Assembly (NCBI GenBank): GCA_964490075.1 | Contig: CAZBBK010000048.1 | Location: forward strand, 1 to 42,746 | DNA from: an uncultured Gemmatimonadota bacterium | Lineage (GTDB): Bacteria > GCA-2686955 | Direction: 5' to 3' | Length of the DNA stretch: 42,746 bases | Shown here: one piece after another, positions 9,241 to 17,392 of the stretch | How positions within the stretch are numbered: position 1 is the stretch's first letter | Layout of the letters: each line of letters opens with the position of its first letter | The notes under the pieces: generated by a model | Told to the model about the DNA's origin: nothing | Seen by the model: only the letters and a program-made list of their open reading frames with translations | Database searches by the model: none | Position numbers and translations under genes: made by a program

Positions 9241-10319
9241 TGCTCCCCCCTCAGAACCTCGTAACGAGCGCTGGTCGCGGGTCGCGCCAGGTGGCAGCGC
9301 CGGCACGGCTCGGGCTCGTCGGTGCCGAGCATCGCGCGGCGCCAGGCGCGGTAGCCGGGTCCGTTCCAGACCGCCGCGAAACCCGAGTCCGCCGCGTTGC
9401 CCAGGCTCGGAACGCGGTCCGGGAAGCAGCAAGGGTAGACCCTGCCCGAGGCGTCGATCCAGGTCTCGGTCCAGGGCAGCCGGCAGCGCACGGGGCCGGG
9501 ATCGGCGGGCTCGGAGACCCATTCGGCCGCCGCGCCGAAGGGGAGCGGGAAGCTGGCCTCGAGGCCGATCTCGGCGGCCCGCAGGCGCGCCCGCTCGATC
9601 CAGGCATCGCTCGCGGCGCGCGAGCTCTCCGACCAGGCCAGGCTCTGGTCGCGCATCGCCTCGGTGTGGACCACCAGGTGCGAGGTCGCCGCCGAATCGG
9701 CGCCCAGCTCCCGCGCCAGATCGATCCAGTCGACCAGCTCGTGGAGGTTGGCGCGTTGCAAGACCAAAACCAGCTCCAGCCCGGGGCGTTCGGGGCGCGT
9801 CCGCCGCCAGCGCTCGTAGCCGCGAATGCCGGCGATCACCTCCGACCAGCGCGCTGGCGGGCGCAGGATCTCGAAGAGCGGCTCCGACGCGGCGTCGAGC
9901 GAGACCGACAGGTGCCCGACCGCGGCGCGGAACGAGTCCGAGCGCAGTGCCGCGGCCAGCCGGGTGCCGTTGGTGTAGGTGACCAGGCGGGCGCCGGAGC
10001 GGGCGATGGCGGCGCACTCGGTATCGAAGCGCGGCGACAGAAAGGGCTCGCCGGTGACCGAGAGCGCGACCTCGCGCCCCGCGCCGAAGGTCTCCGCCGC
10101 CAGGGCGTCGAAGAGGGCGCCCTCCATCGACGCCGAGGGCCCCTGGTGCAGGGTGTGCAGACAGAAGGGGCAGCGCAGGTTGCAGCGGTGGGTCGTCTCC
10201 AGGGTCAGGCGCCGCGGCAGCTCCACGGCGAGCTCGGCCGCCGGAGCCTCGCGGGGCGGAGCTCGGCGCCCGCGACGGCGCATGCGCCGCAAGGCCGCCA
10301 GGGCCCCGCCGCCCCTCAT
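9237..10319 (-). CDS. Radical SAM protein with SPASM/twitch C-terminus
   Basis: CNLRCPFC, TGEPFL, TNGT, VSLDAA, CRLPW...YPCC...CRRC. Confidence 0.88.
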   Translation of the reverse strand: MRGGGALAALRRMRRRGRRAPPREAPAAELAVELPRRLTLETTHRCNLRCPFCLHTLHQGPSASMEGALFDALAAETFGAGREVALSVTGEPFLSPRFDTECAAIARSGARLVTYTNGTRLAAALRSDSFRAAVGHLSVSLDAASEPLFEILRPPARWSEVIAGIRGYERWRRTRPERPGLELVLVLQRANLHELVDWIDLARELGADSAATSHLVVHTEAMRDQSLAWSESSRAASDAWIERARLRAAEIGLEASFPLPFGAAAEWVSEPADPGPVRCRLPWTETWIDASGRVYPCCFPDRVPSLGNAADSGFAAVWNGPGYRAWRRAMLGTDEPEPCRRCHLARPATSARYEVLRGEQ

Positions 10320-11719
10320 CGACGGTCCACCGACTGCGACGACCGGTGCAGAGGACCCAGCACCCGCTCGGTGCCAATCGACCAGTCGGCCCAGCGCTCG
10401 CGCGGACGTTCTTCACGCAGCAGCGACAGGTAGCGCGACTCCATCTCCTCGCCGAGGTACATCAGGTCCTTCAAGGGCGGGATGCGCTGGGCCGCCTGCC
10501 GGCGGCGCTCGGGGTCGTCGATGACCTGCTTCAGCACCGCGGCGAGATCCTGCGGGCTTTCCGGGGCAAAGGTCCATCCTCCCCAGTTGGGGCGGATCAT
10601 CTCGGCCAGCCCGCCGAGGCGGGCCGCCACCACCGGCACACCGGCGGCGAAGGCCTCGAGCACGGTCAGGGGGCGGTTCTCCCACCAGCGGCTCGGCACC
10701 ACCACCAGGTCGGCACCGGCCAGCACGCGACCGGCCTCGCCCGGCTGGTAGGGACCGGCCATCTCCACCCCGAGCGCGTGGGCCTGCGCGGCGACCGCGC
10801 GGCCGTACTCGGGTGCGACCTCGGGGTCGCCGTGGATGCGCGCCCGCCAGCGTTCGCGCCCCAGCAGCGCCAGGGCATCGAGCAGCAGGTCGGGGCCCTT
10901 CTCGGGGATGATCGCTCCCATGTAGACGATTTCGACCTTCTCGCCCTCTTCTGAAGCACCGGCCTTGGCCTGGCGGCGGATCGAATCGACGTCCAGCCCG
11001 TAGTCGCTCACCTCGATCTCGGGGCTCATCTCTCCCCAGGCGCGCTGGTAGAGCTGCATGAGATGCTCCGAGGGGGCGTGGACCCAGTGGCAGGAGCGGG
11101 CGGCGTCCAGGAAGCGCCGGTAGCGGTGGCGGTGATAGGCGGAAAGCGCCAGGCGCGACCACACGCCGCTGCTCTTGGAGCAAGGATTGCAGGCGCGGCC
11201 GCCATAGGGGCCGTCGCAGCGCAGGCCGGTCCACTCGTCCTTGCGCGGCGGACGCATCAGCTTGATGCGCGGGCAGATGAACCAGTAGTCGTTGAGCGTC
11301 AGCGCGCAGCGCGCGCCGGCCGCGCGAGCGTCGCCGATCAGCTCCAACGAGAGGCCGATCAGGTGCTGGAAGTGGACGACGTGGGGGCGGAAGTCGCGCA
11401 GCACCCGGCGAAACGCGACGCGCGGCGGACCGCCTCGAAGATCCTGCAGCCAATTCCTCACCCGCCCGCCGCGCGCCCGCCAGTAGAGGCGATGCACGTG
11501 CAGCTCGTCGACGCGCTCCGAGATCAGCCGGGGAGGGGTCCGTGGAGGTGCATCCTCGCGCGCGAAGATCAGCACGCGGTGACCGCGCTCCTCCAGCGCG
11601 CGGGCCAGGTAGGCGGTGTACTGCTCCGTGCCGCCGACGTGATCCGGGAAGAACTCGTGAACCACCAGGCAGATGCGCAGCATCGGGGGACCGGTAGTCG
11701 GGGGGGGAATGTCGATCAT
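10316..11719 (-). CDS. Glycosyltransferase family 4
   Basis: GGTEQY, VVHFQHL, LTLNDYWFICP, PEKG, VVPSRWWENRPLTVLEAFAAGVPVV. The start could alternatively be at MLRICL. Confidence 0.9.
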   Translation of the reverse strand: MIDIPPPTTGPPMLRICLVVHEFFPDHVGGTEQYTAYLARALEERGHRVLIFAREDAPPRTPPRLISERVDELHVHRLYWRARGGRVRNWLQDLRGGPPRVAFRRVLRDFRPHVVHFQHLIGLSLELIGDARAAGARCALTLNDYWFICPRIKLMRPPRKDEWTGLRCDGPYGGRACNPCSKSSGVWSRLALSAYHRHRYRRFLDAARSCHWVHAPSEHLMQLYQRAWGEMSPEIEVSDYGLDVDSIRRQAKAGASEEGEKVEIVYMGAIIPEKGPDLLLDALALLGRERWRARIHGDPEVAPEYGRAVAAQAHALGVEMAGPYQPGEAGRVLAGADLVVVPSRWWENRPLTVLEAFAAGVPVVAARLGGLAEMIRPNWGGWTFAPESPQDLAAVLKQVIDDPERRRQAAQRIPPLKDLMYLGEEMESRYLSLLREERPRERWADWSIGTERVLGPLHRSSQSVDRR

Positions 11720-12741
11720 GGTGCGTGCTCCCGGAGCATTCGCCAGGCCCGGCCGGCGACCGAGTGGGTGAAACGCCTGCGGAAAGCCCGCAGGCGCTCC
11801 AGCTCTTCGGCGTGGTGTCGAAGCGATCGATCCAGGTCGGCGATGTGCGACTCCCTGTGATCCAGAGCATCCCTCAGGTCGGCCAGCTCGCGCTCGAGCT
11901 GTGCGCTGTGCCGCTCGGCCCGGGCGCGGGCGTCGTCCGCCGCGCGAACTTCATCGCAGCGAAAGAGCTCGCAGAGGGCCCGCAGGCCGTCCCAGTCGAT
12001 CTCTTGCTCGGCGCCGCCCGCCTCGCCCGAGCCCGCGGGGGACCCGGGCGCGCTCGTTGCGGCGGGGACCGAGGTCAAGATGTGGCGGTAGGCCGGCTCC
12101 GAGGGGTCGTCCTCGACCAGGGTCTCGCCGTAGTAGCCGGCCAGCTGCTCCCGCAGCGGCGCCAGCGCGGCGTGGTCGGCGAGGTACCAGTCGGCCAGCA
12201 TGAAGGGCAGCCAGGTCCGCAGCGCGCCGTTCGGGGCCACGCTCACCGAGCGCGACCCGGCTTCCAGCACCGCCACCGCCGCGCGCAGATCGGGCAACCC
12301 GTGGGCGCGGTGCTCCTGGAGGGCCGGATGGGATCGTCCGAGGCGCTCCCGAACCAGTGCGTCGAGGGCCCGCTCGGCGGCCGCCACGCGCTGGTCGGCG
12401 AAGGGAGCGGCCACCACCACCGGCCCGCGGGCGACCCGGAGCATCTCTCGGAGCACCGTTTCCCTGCCCTGCTCGGGAATATGCTCCAAGAGGTCGGCCG
12501 AGATCACGGCGTCGAAGCTCGCGGCCGGGTGCGGGAGCCGCGCGGCGTCGGCACGCAGGCCCGGAGCATCGACCGCGGCCCGGTCGGCCACCACCACCCG
12601 TTGCCCGTTGTCTGCCAGGGTCGCGGCGGCGCCCCCCCCCCCGCCGACGTCGAGCACCCAGCCGCGCACGCGATGGGTCGCCAGAGACGCGAAGATGCCG
12701 CGGTAGCGCTGCAGGATGTCGAATGGGATCGGAGGAGGCAT
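11716..12741 (-). CDS. Class I SAM methyltransferase with C-terminal coiled coil (WbdD-like architecture)
   Basis: Start MPPPIPFD at 12741 (TGATG overlap). VLDVGGGGG, SFDAVISADLLEHIP, EMLRVAR; heptad-rich tail ending SVAGRAWRML. Confidence 0.82.
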   Translation of the reverse strand: MPPPIPFDILQRYRGIFASLATHRVRGWVLDVGGGGGAAATLADNGQRVVVADRAAVDAPGLRADAARLPHPAASFDAVISADLLEHIPEQGRETVLREMLRVARGPVVVAAPFADQRVAAAERALDALVRERLGRSHPALQEHRAHGLPDLRAAVAVLEAGSRSVSVAPNGALRTWLPFMLADWYLADHAALAPLREQLAGYYGETLVEDDPSEPAYRHILTSVPAATSAPGSPAGSGEAGGAEQEIDWDGLRALCELFRCDEVRAADDARARAERHSAQLERELADLRDALDHRESHIADLDRSLRHHAEELERLRAFRRRFTHSVAGRAWRMLREHAP

Positions 12742-15311
12742 CACTCTGCCACCGAGGAATGGGCGATCGCGCTCAGGCGCCTGACTCGGGCCCGAGAGCG
12801 CGCTGAGAGATCGGTCGTCTCGCCGGGATCGACGCTCAGATCGAGCAGCAGCCGTTCTCCGCCGGGTCCCAGCAAGAGCTTCCAGGCGCGACCCCGCACG
12901 CCCCACCAACGTGGGTCGTCGCGCGGCGTCGAGCCACCCTCCACGTAATGGTACCGCGGAAACGCCCTCATGCCCCGCATCAGTGGCAGCAGGGAGATCC
13001 CGTCGACCCGCTCCCGGGTCTCCAGGGCCAGCAGGTCGAGCAGCGTGGGAACGACGTCGACCAGCGACACCGGTGCGGCACAGCTCGCCACGCCTCCGCG
13101 CGGACCGGCGACCCACAAGGGTACGCGGATCGCGGAGTCGAGCGGCGCGCGGGTCAGATCGGAGCGCAGCACCGAGCCCGAAGGGCGCGCCCCCGGGACC
13201 AGGCCGCGCACCCGGGTCGCCGCGAGCTCGTAGCCCGCCGACGAGGCTGAGCGCGCCCCCAGGCCGGCGATGATGATGAAGGGATCGCCGGCGCGTTCGC
13301 CCAGCGCGGATTCGAGAAGCTCGAGGGCGGTCTCCGCTCCCCCGTCGCCGATCCGGTCGATCACCGCCATCCGCTCCTCGTGGTGACGCAGGTCGACCGC
13401 CTCGTCCCAGCTGCGCACCCGGTAGCCGGCCTCTGCGAGCAGGAAGCGCAGGTTGACCTCCCCTTCGATCCTTCCCCGCCGCCGTCCGGGCAGCACGCCC
13501 GAGCTGAGCGCCAGCCAGGCGGCCTCGGCGTCCATCGAGGGCGACACGGCCAGCTCGAAATAGGTGCTGCGCTGGAGAATGGTGGGCGGCAGCGCGCCGT
13601 TTCTGGCGTGCGTCCAACCCTCGATGCCCAGCACCACGATCTCCGGTCGCGGCGCCGGTTTCTGCTCGCGGCGCCGAAACACTCGATAGGGCCCGAACTC
13701 CTCTGCGGCCTCGTAACGCGCCATCAGGTGTCCCCAGACGACCGGAGCATGGGCCTGCAAGCGGCGGCCCGGCAGCTCGCTGTCGACCGCAGTGGTGTTC
13801 CAGACCAGCCAGCGGCTTCGCGCCCGGTCGATGCTCCGGATCAGCGCCTCCTGGTCGCCGGCGTCGCGCAGCCGCCCGGCGCGCAGCAGGTCGTAGCGCA
13901 GGGGATTGGGCCGGTCGGCGAGGAAGTGGATCAAGGGCAGGTCGGGCAGTGCCAGCACCGGCTCGCCGGGCTCGGTGGCGGCCTGCAGATGTCTCACTGC
14001 TCCCGCCAGCGCCGCCGCGCGATTCGGCTCGCACACCAGATCGGCACGCTCCAGCCCGAGCGGAGCGTCCATGCCGGCGCGCACCCAGACGCTGCTCGGG
14101 TAGTGGCCGTGACCGACCTTGCTGAGCACTCCGAGCGCCACCAGCGCCGCCAGGCCGGCGGTCGCCGGATGGGCCCGCCACCAGCGATCGAGGGCCGCGC
14201 TGAGCAGCACCCAGGGGATCGGGAGCACCTGGAGCAGGTGCATCGCATGGGATCGATCGAGATCGAGGCGGAAGAGCAGCAGCCCGAGGGTCGCCAGACC
14301 CAGCAGGGCCGCCGACCGGGAGACCGAGCGGGCTCCCAGGGCGAGCAGGGCCGCGACCAGGAGCACGACCGGTGGCAGGTAGTGCAGGAGCCGCGAGGGC
14401 ACCTCGATCAGGTCGCCCAGGGAGCGCGGGAAGAGGGGCATGAGATCGGGAAAGGGAAGCGCGTTGGCACGCACACCCTCGAGTCCCGCGAAGAGGATGC
14501 TCCGAACTGCCTGGTTCAGTGCTCCGGCCCAGTAGAAAGCGAGTCCGGGGAGAATCAGCACCAGCGTGAAAGCCAGAGCGCAGAGGCCGACCCAGGCGGC
14601 CGGCGGGAGCCAGGACACTTCTCCCAACCACTTCCGTCCCCGTCCTTCGGTGCTCGCGAGCGCCGCGGGCCAGCCCGTGAAGGCCATGCGCAGCGCCGCC
14701 ACCGCGAAGGCGAGCAGGGCGTAGAGCGCGACGTCCTGGCGGAAGAGCAGCACCAACCCGGCGAGCCCGCCGACCACCAGCGCCCGCGGTGCTCCGGGGC
14801 GCTCGCAGAAGCGCACGATCGCGAGCGCCAGCAGCACGCTGCCGAGCACCAGCGGGGTCTTCTGCCACGGGCCCTGGGCGGCGGCCAGGGCGAGCGCCGG
14901 CCAGAGCGCCGCGACCGGCCCGGCGAAGCGGCGAGCCAGGAGGAAGAGCAGGGCGCCGGTGGCCGCCAGCAGCAGCGCCCAGACCGTGCGCACGAGCTGC
15001 ACCGAGGGGGCGGCGAGGTCGAAGAGCCAGGAGAAGAGGTAGAAGCGGCCGGGGGCGTACTGGTGGGCGAAGTCGCGATAGGGCACCTCGCCCAGCGAGA
15101 CCCGCTGCACCGCGCCCAGGAGATAGCCCTCGTCGAGGATGTTGATCCCGTAGCGGGCGTAGGAGAGGAAGAAGGCGGCGAGCACGACGAAGAGGACGCA
15201 GGCTACGCCCAGATCGGTGCGCGGCGAGCGCTTCGGGCGCTCGGAGGGGTCGACCCGGCGGACGCCGGAGGCCCGCAGGTTGAGCTTGCGCCGCCGGGGC
15301 ATCGTCGCCAT
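12741..15311 (-). CDS. GT-C (ArnT/PMT-like) membrane glycosyltransferase fused to a degenerate sulfatase-like domain
   Basis: DEGY after TM1, GEVPYRDF..Y.PG, about 11 hydrophobic segments, FRQD; C-terminal SLVDVVPTLLDLL, DGISLLP, WKL, DLSVDPGETTDL. Confidence 0.75.
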   Translation of the reverse strand: MATMPRRRKLNLRASGVRRVDPSERPKRSPRTDLGVACVLFVVLAAFFLSYARYGINILDEGYLLGAVQRVSLGEVPYRDFAHQYAPGRFYLFSWLFDLAAPSVQLVRTVWALLLAATGALLFLLARRFAGPVAALWPALALAAAQGPWQKTPLVLGSVLLALAIVRFCERPGAPRALVVGGLAGLVLLFRQDVALYALLAFAVAALRMAFTGWPAALASTEGRGRKWLGEVSWLPPAAWVGLCALAFTLVLILPGLAFYWAGALNQAVRSILFAGLEGVRANALPFPDLMPLFPRSLGDLIEVPSRLLHYLPPVVLLVAALLALGARSVSRSAALLGLATLGLLLFRLDLDRSHAMHLLQVLPIPWVLLSAALDRWWRAHPATAGLAALVALGVLSKVGHGHYPSSVWVRAGMDAPLGLERADLVCEPNRAAALAGAVRHLQAATEPGEPVLALPDLPLIHFLADRPNPLRYDLLRAGRLRDAGDQEALIRSIDRARSRWLVWNTTAVDSELPGRRLQAHAPVVWGHLMARYEAAEEFGPYRVFRRREQKPAPRPEIVVLGIEGWTHARNGALPPTILQRSTYFELAVSPSMDAEAAWLALSSGVLPGRRRGRIEGEVNLRFLLAEAGYRVRSWDEAVDLRHHEERMAVIDRIGDGGAETALELLESALGERAGDPFIIIAGLGARSASSAGYELAATRVRGLVPGARPSGSVLRSDLTRAPLDSAIRVPLWVAGPRGGVASCAAPVSLVDVVPTLLDLLALETRERVDGISLLPLMRGMRAFPRYHYVEGGSTPRDDPRWWGVRGRAWKLLLGPGGERLLLDLSVDPGETTDLSARSRARVRRLSAIAHSSVAE

Positions 15312-15314
15312 CGC

Positions 15315-17006
15315 TCAGGCCCAGTAGCCGACACCGCGCAGGGTGTCGCGAATCGCCTGGGCCTCGTCCGGGAGCAGAGACTTCCGGCGCCTTTGCGCGG
15401 GTCGCATGCTGCGCTGGCCCGGGTGCCCCGGCGGTCTCGATGCGGGGCGTCTCTCCGCGCTGGTCTCGGGGATCAGAGAGGCCCCGTCGAGCTCCGGGCG
15501 CGGCGCGATCCCGAGCATCCGGAGCACGGTCGGGAAGATGTCGGTTACGTGTGCTCCGGTCACCGATCCCGGTGCCACCCGGTCGCCGACCATCAGCAGC
15601 AGGCCGTCGAGGCGATGGTCCCCCGAGTTGCCGGTCGCCCGCTCGAAGCGTCGTCGGGTCGAGAAGTCGAAGGCGCCGAGCGCCTTGTGACGCATGTCGG
15701 AGGGCAGTGCGATCAGATCGGGGGCGAAGGGCACGAAGGGCCCGCGATAGAGCTCGGAGCCGCGCCAGATCGGGTCGAAAAGCGGCCGCCCGTCGGGTGC
15801 GCTGACGCCGCGCAGCGCGTCGCTCAGCGCGGCCAGCAGGTCGTCGGCGGGGGTACCCGGCTCCACGCAGCCCCGCGGCTCGCGGCCCTTCAGGTTCAGG
15901 AAGATCTGGCCGTAGTTGCCGCGCGAATAGGCCCGGGTGCGCTCCCAGTCGACGTCACGCAGGCTCAGGAAGAGGCGCGAGAGGGGACCGACCAGAGCCT
16001 GGCGCTGCCCGAAGCCGCGCGAGAGTCTCAGCCTTCCGAGCCCGAGCGCGGCCGCCCAGCGGTAGACCTTCAGCGGCGAGAGCCCGAGCCACAGCACGGT
16101 CCCGCGAATGCGCGCCGGGGCATCGCGGCGCAGCACCAGGAAGCCGAGCTCGAGCAGAATCTGGTTCATGCCGTAGTAGTGCTCGATCGGTCCGAAGCCG
16201 TGGTCGGAGACGATCACGCCGTGGTCGCCAGGGGCCAGCATCTCGAAGAGCTCGCCGAGCATTCCGTCGAGCTCGGCGAAGTACTCTCGAACCCGCGGCA
16301 GGTGGCGCCGCGCCTCCTCGGGGTCGTGACGCGGATGGGTGGTGTCGAGCAGATGCCAGAGCTCGTGCTGCAAGCGGTCGGTTCCCCAGATGTGGACGCA
16401 GAAGAGGTTCCAGGAGCGGCTCTCGCTCAGGTGGCGGCAGACCTGGCGGCGGTGGCGCAGCTCGCGAAAGAGCTGATCGAGGATGGAACCGACTCGTCCC
16501 CGGGCATAGACCTCGGTGATGTGCAGGGGATAGGGACCGAAGAGCGCTTCGAGCTCGTCGCGCAGCTCGGGCGGCGACGAGATGCCCCGCGCTCCGGGGG
16601 GCGCCAGGAATCCGGAGATCAGCTCGCCCTCGATCTCCGGCGGCGGATAGGTCACCGGCATGTTCAGCACGATCGAGCGACCGCCGGCGGCGCCCACCTC
16701 GTCCCACAAGGTGGCACCGCGGCGCAGGTCGTTGCTGACCGGCACCTCGTTCTCCCAGCCCCCCTCCTTCACCAGGAACTCGAAGATCCCGTGGCGCCCC
16801 GGGTTCAGTCCGGTGACGATCGACGACCAGGCGGCGGCGGTCACCGGCGGCACTACGGTGTGCAGGGGCCCCCGCGCACCGCTCCGCGCCAGCCCCGCCA
16901 GCCGGGGCATCGCCCCGTCGTCGATCCAGCGCTGGAGGAGCGGCCACGACGCGCCGTCGAGCCCGATCAGGACCACCCGGCGCTGCTCTTTGTCGATGGC
17001 GCCCAT
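15315..17006 (-). CDS. Alkaline phosphatase superfamily protein (type I phosphodiesterase / nucleotide pyrophosphatase)
   Basis: IGLDGA, PPVTAAAWSSIVTGLNPGRHGIFEF, TDRLQH, VSDHGF, SGDHR, DIFPTVL, C-terminal LRGVGY. Confidence 0.9.
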   Translation of the reverse strand: MGAIDKEQRRVVLIGLDGASWPLLQRWIDDGAMPRLAGLARSGARGPLHTVVPPVTAAAWSSIVTGLNPGRHGIFEFLVKEGGWENEVPVSNDLRRGATLWDEVGAAGGRSIVLNMPVTYPPPEIEGELISGFLAPPGARGISSPPELRDELEALFGPYPLHITEVYARGRVGSILDQLFRELRHRRQVCRHLSESRSWNLFCVHIWGTDRLQHELWHLLDTTHPRHDPEEARRHLPRVREYFAELDGMLGELFEMLAPGDHGVIVSDHGFGPIEHYYGMNQILLELGFLVLRRDAPARIRGTVLWLGLSPLKVYRWAAALGLGRLRLSRGFGQRQALVGPLSRLFLSLRDVDWERTRAYSRGNYGQIFLNLKGREPRGCVEPGTPADDLLAALSDALRGVSAPDGRPLFDPIWRGSELYRGPFVPFAPDLIALPSDMRHKALGAFDFSTRRRFERATGNSGDHRLDGLLLMVGDRVAPGSVTGAHVTDIFPTVLRMLGIAPRPELDGASLIPETSAERRPASRPPGHPGQRSMRPAQRRRKSLLPDEAQAIRDTLRGVGYWA

Positions 17007-17066
17007 GCCTCTAGCGTATCATCGTCTTGCCTCGAGGCCCGCGCCGCGCGAGAGGATCCGGAGCCG

Positions 17067-17303
17067 ATGCTCGTTCTGACCCGAAAACTCGACCAGACGA
17101 TCCGAATCGGGGATTCGATCTCGGTGACCGTGCTGGCGGTCGATCGCGACCAAGTGCGGATCGGCATCTCGGCGCCGCGTGCGGTTCCGATCCACCGCCA
17201 GGAGGTGTTCGAGGAGATCCAGGCGGCGAATCGCGCCGCCGCGGTGAGCGAGCGCCCCGATCTGCGCTCGCTGCAGGCAGATCTGGAGCGGCCGGGGGAG
17301 TAG
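17067..17303 (+). CDS. csrA: Carbon storage regulator (translational repressor)
   Basis: MLVLTRKLDQTIRIGDSISVTVLAVDRDQVRIGISAPRAVPIHRQEVFEEIQAAN; hidden at the end of spurious ORF 13380-17303; GGAG RBS. Confidence 0.95.
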   Translation: MLVLTRKLDQTIRIGDSISVTVLAVDRDQVRIGISAPRAVPIHRQEVFEEIQAANRAAAVSERPDLRSLQADLERPGE

Positions 17304-17392
17304 GGAAGGCCGGGGGCGCCGCGGCCGGCCCCGCCGCAGTTTTCGGCATCGCAAAGAGGTGGAGGCCGCGGCGTGCCATTATCCTTCAGCCC

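Noticed and set aside
8140-10319. Radical SAMs as anaerobic sulfatase maturases or RiPP maturases
   Set aside because: No AlkP-family protein here has the (C/S)xPxR formylglycine motif, the auxiliary region has only five Cys, and no precursor peptide or RRE is visible.
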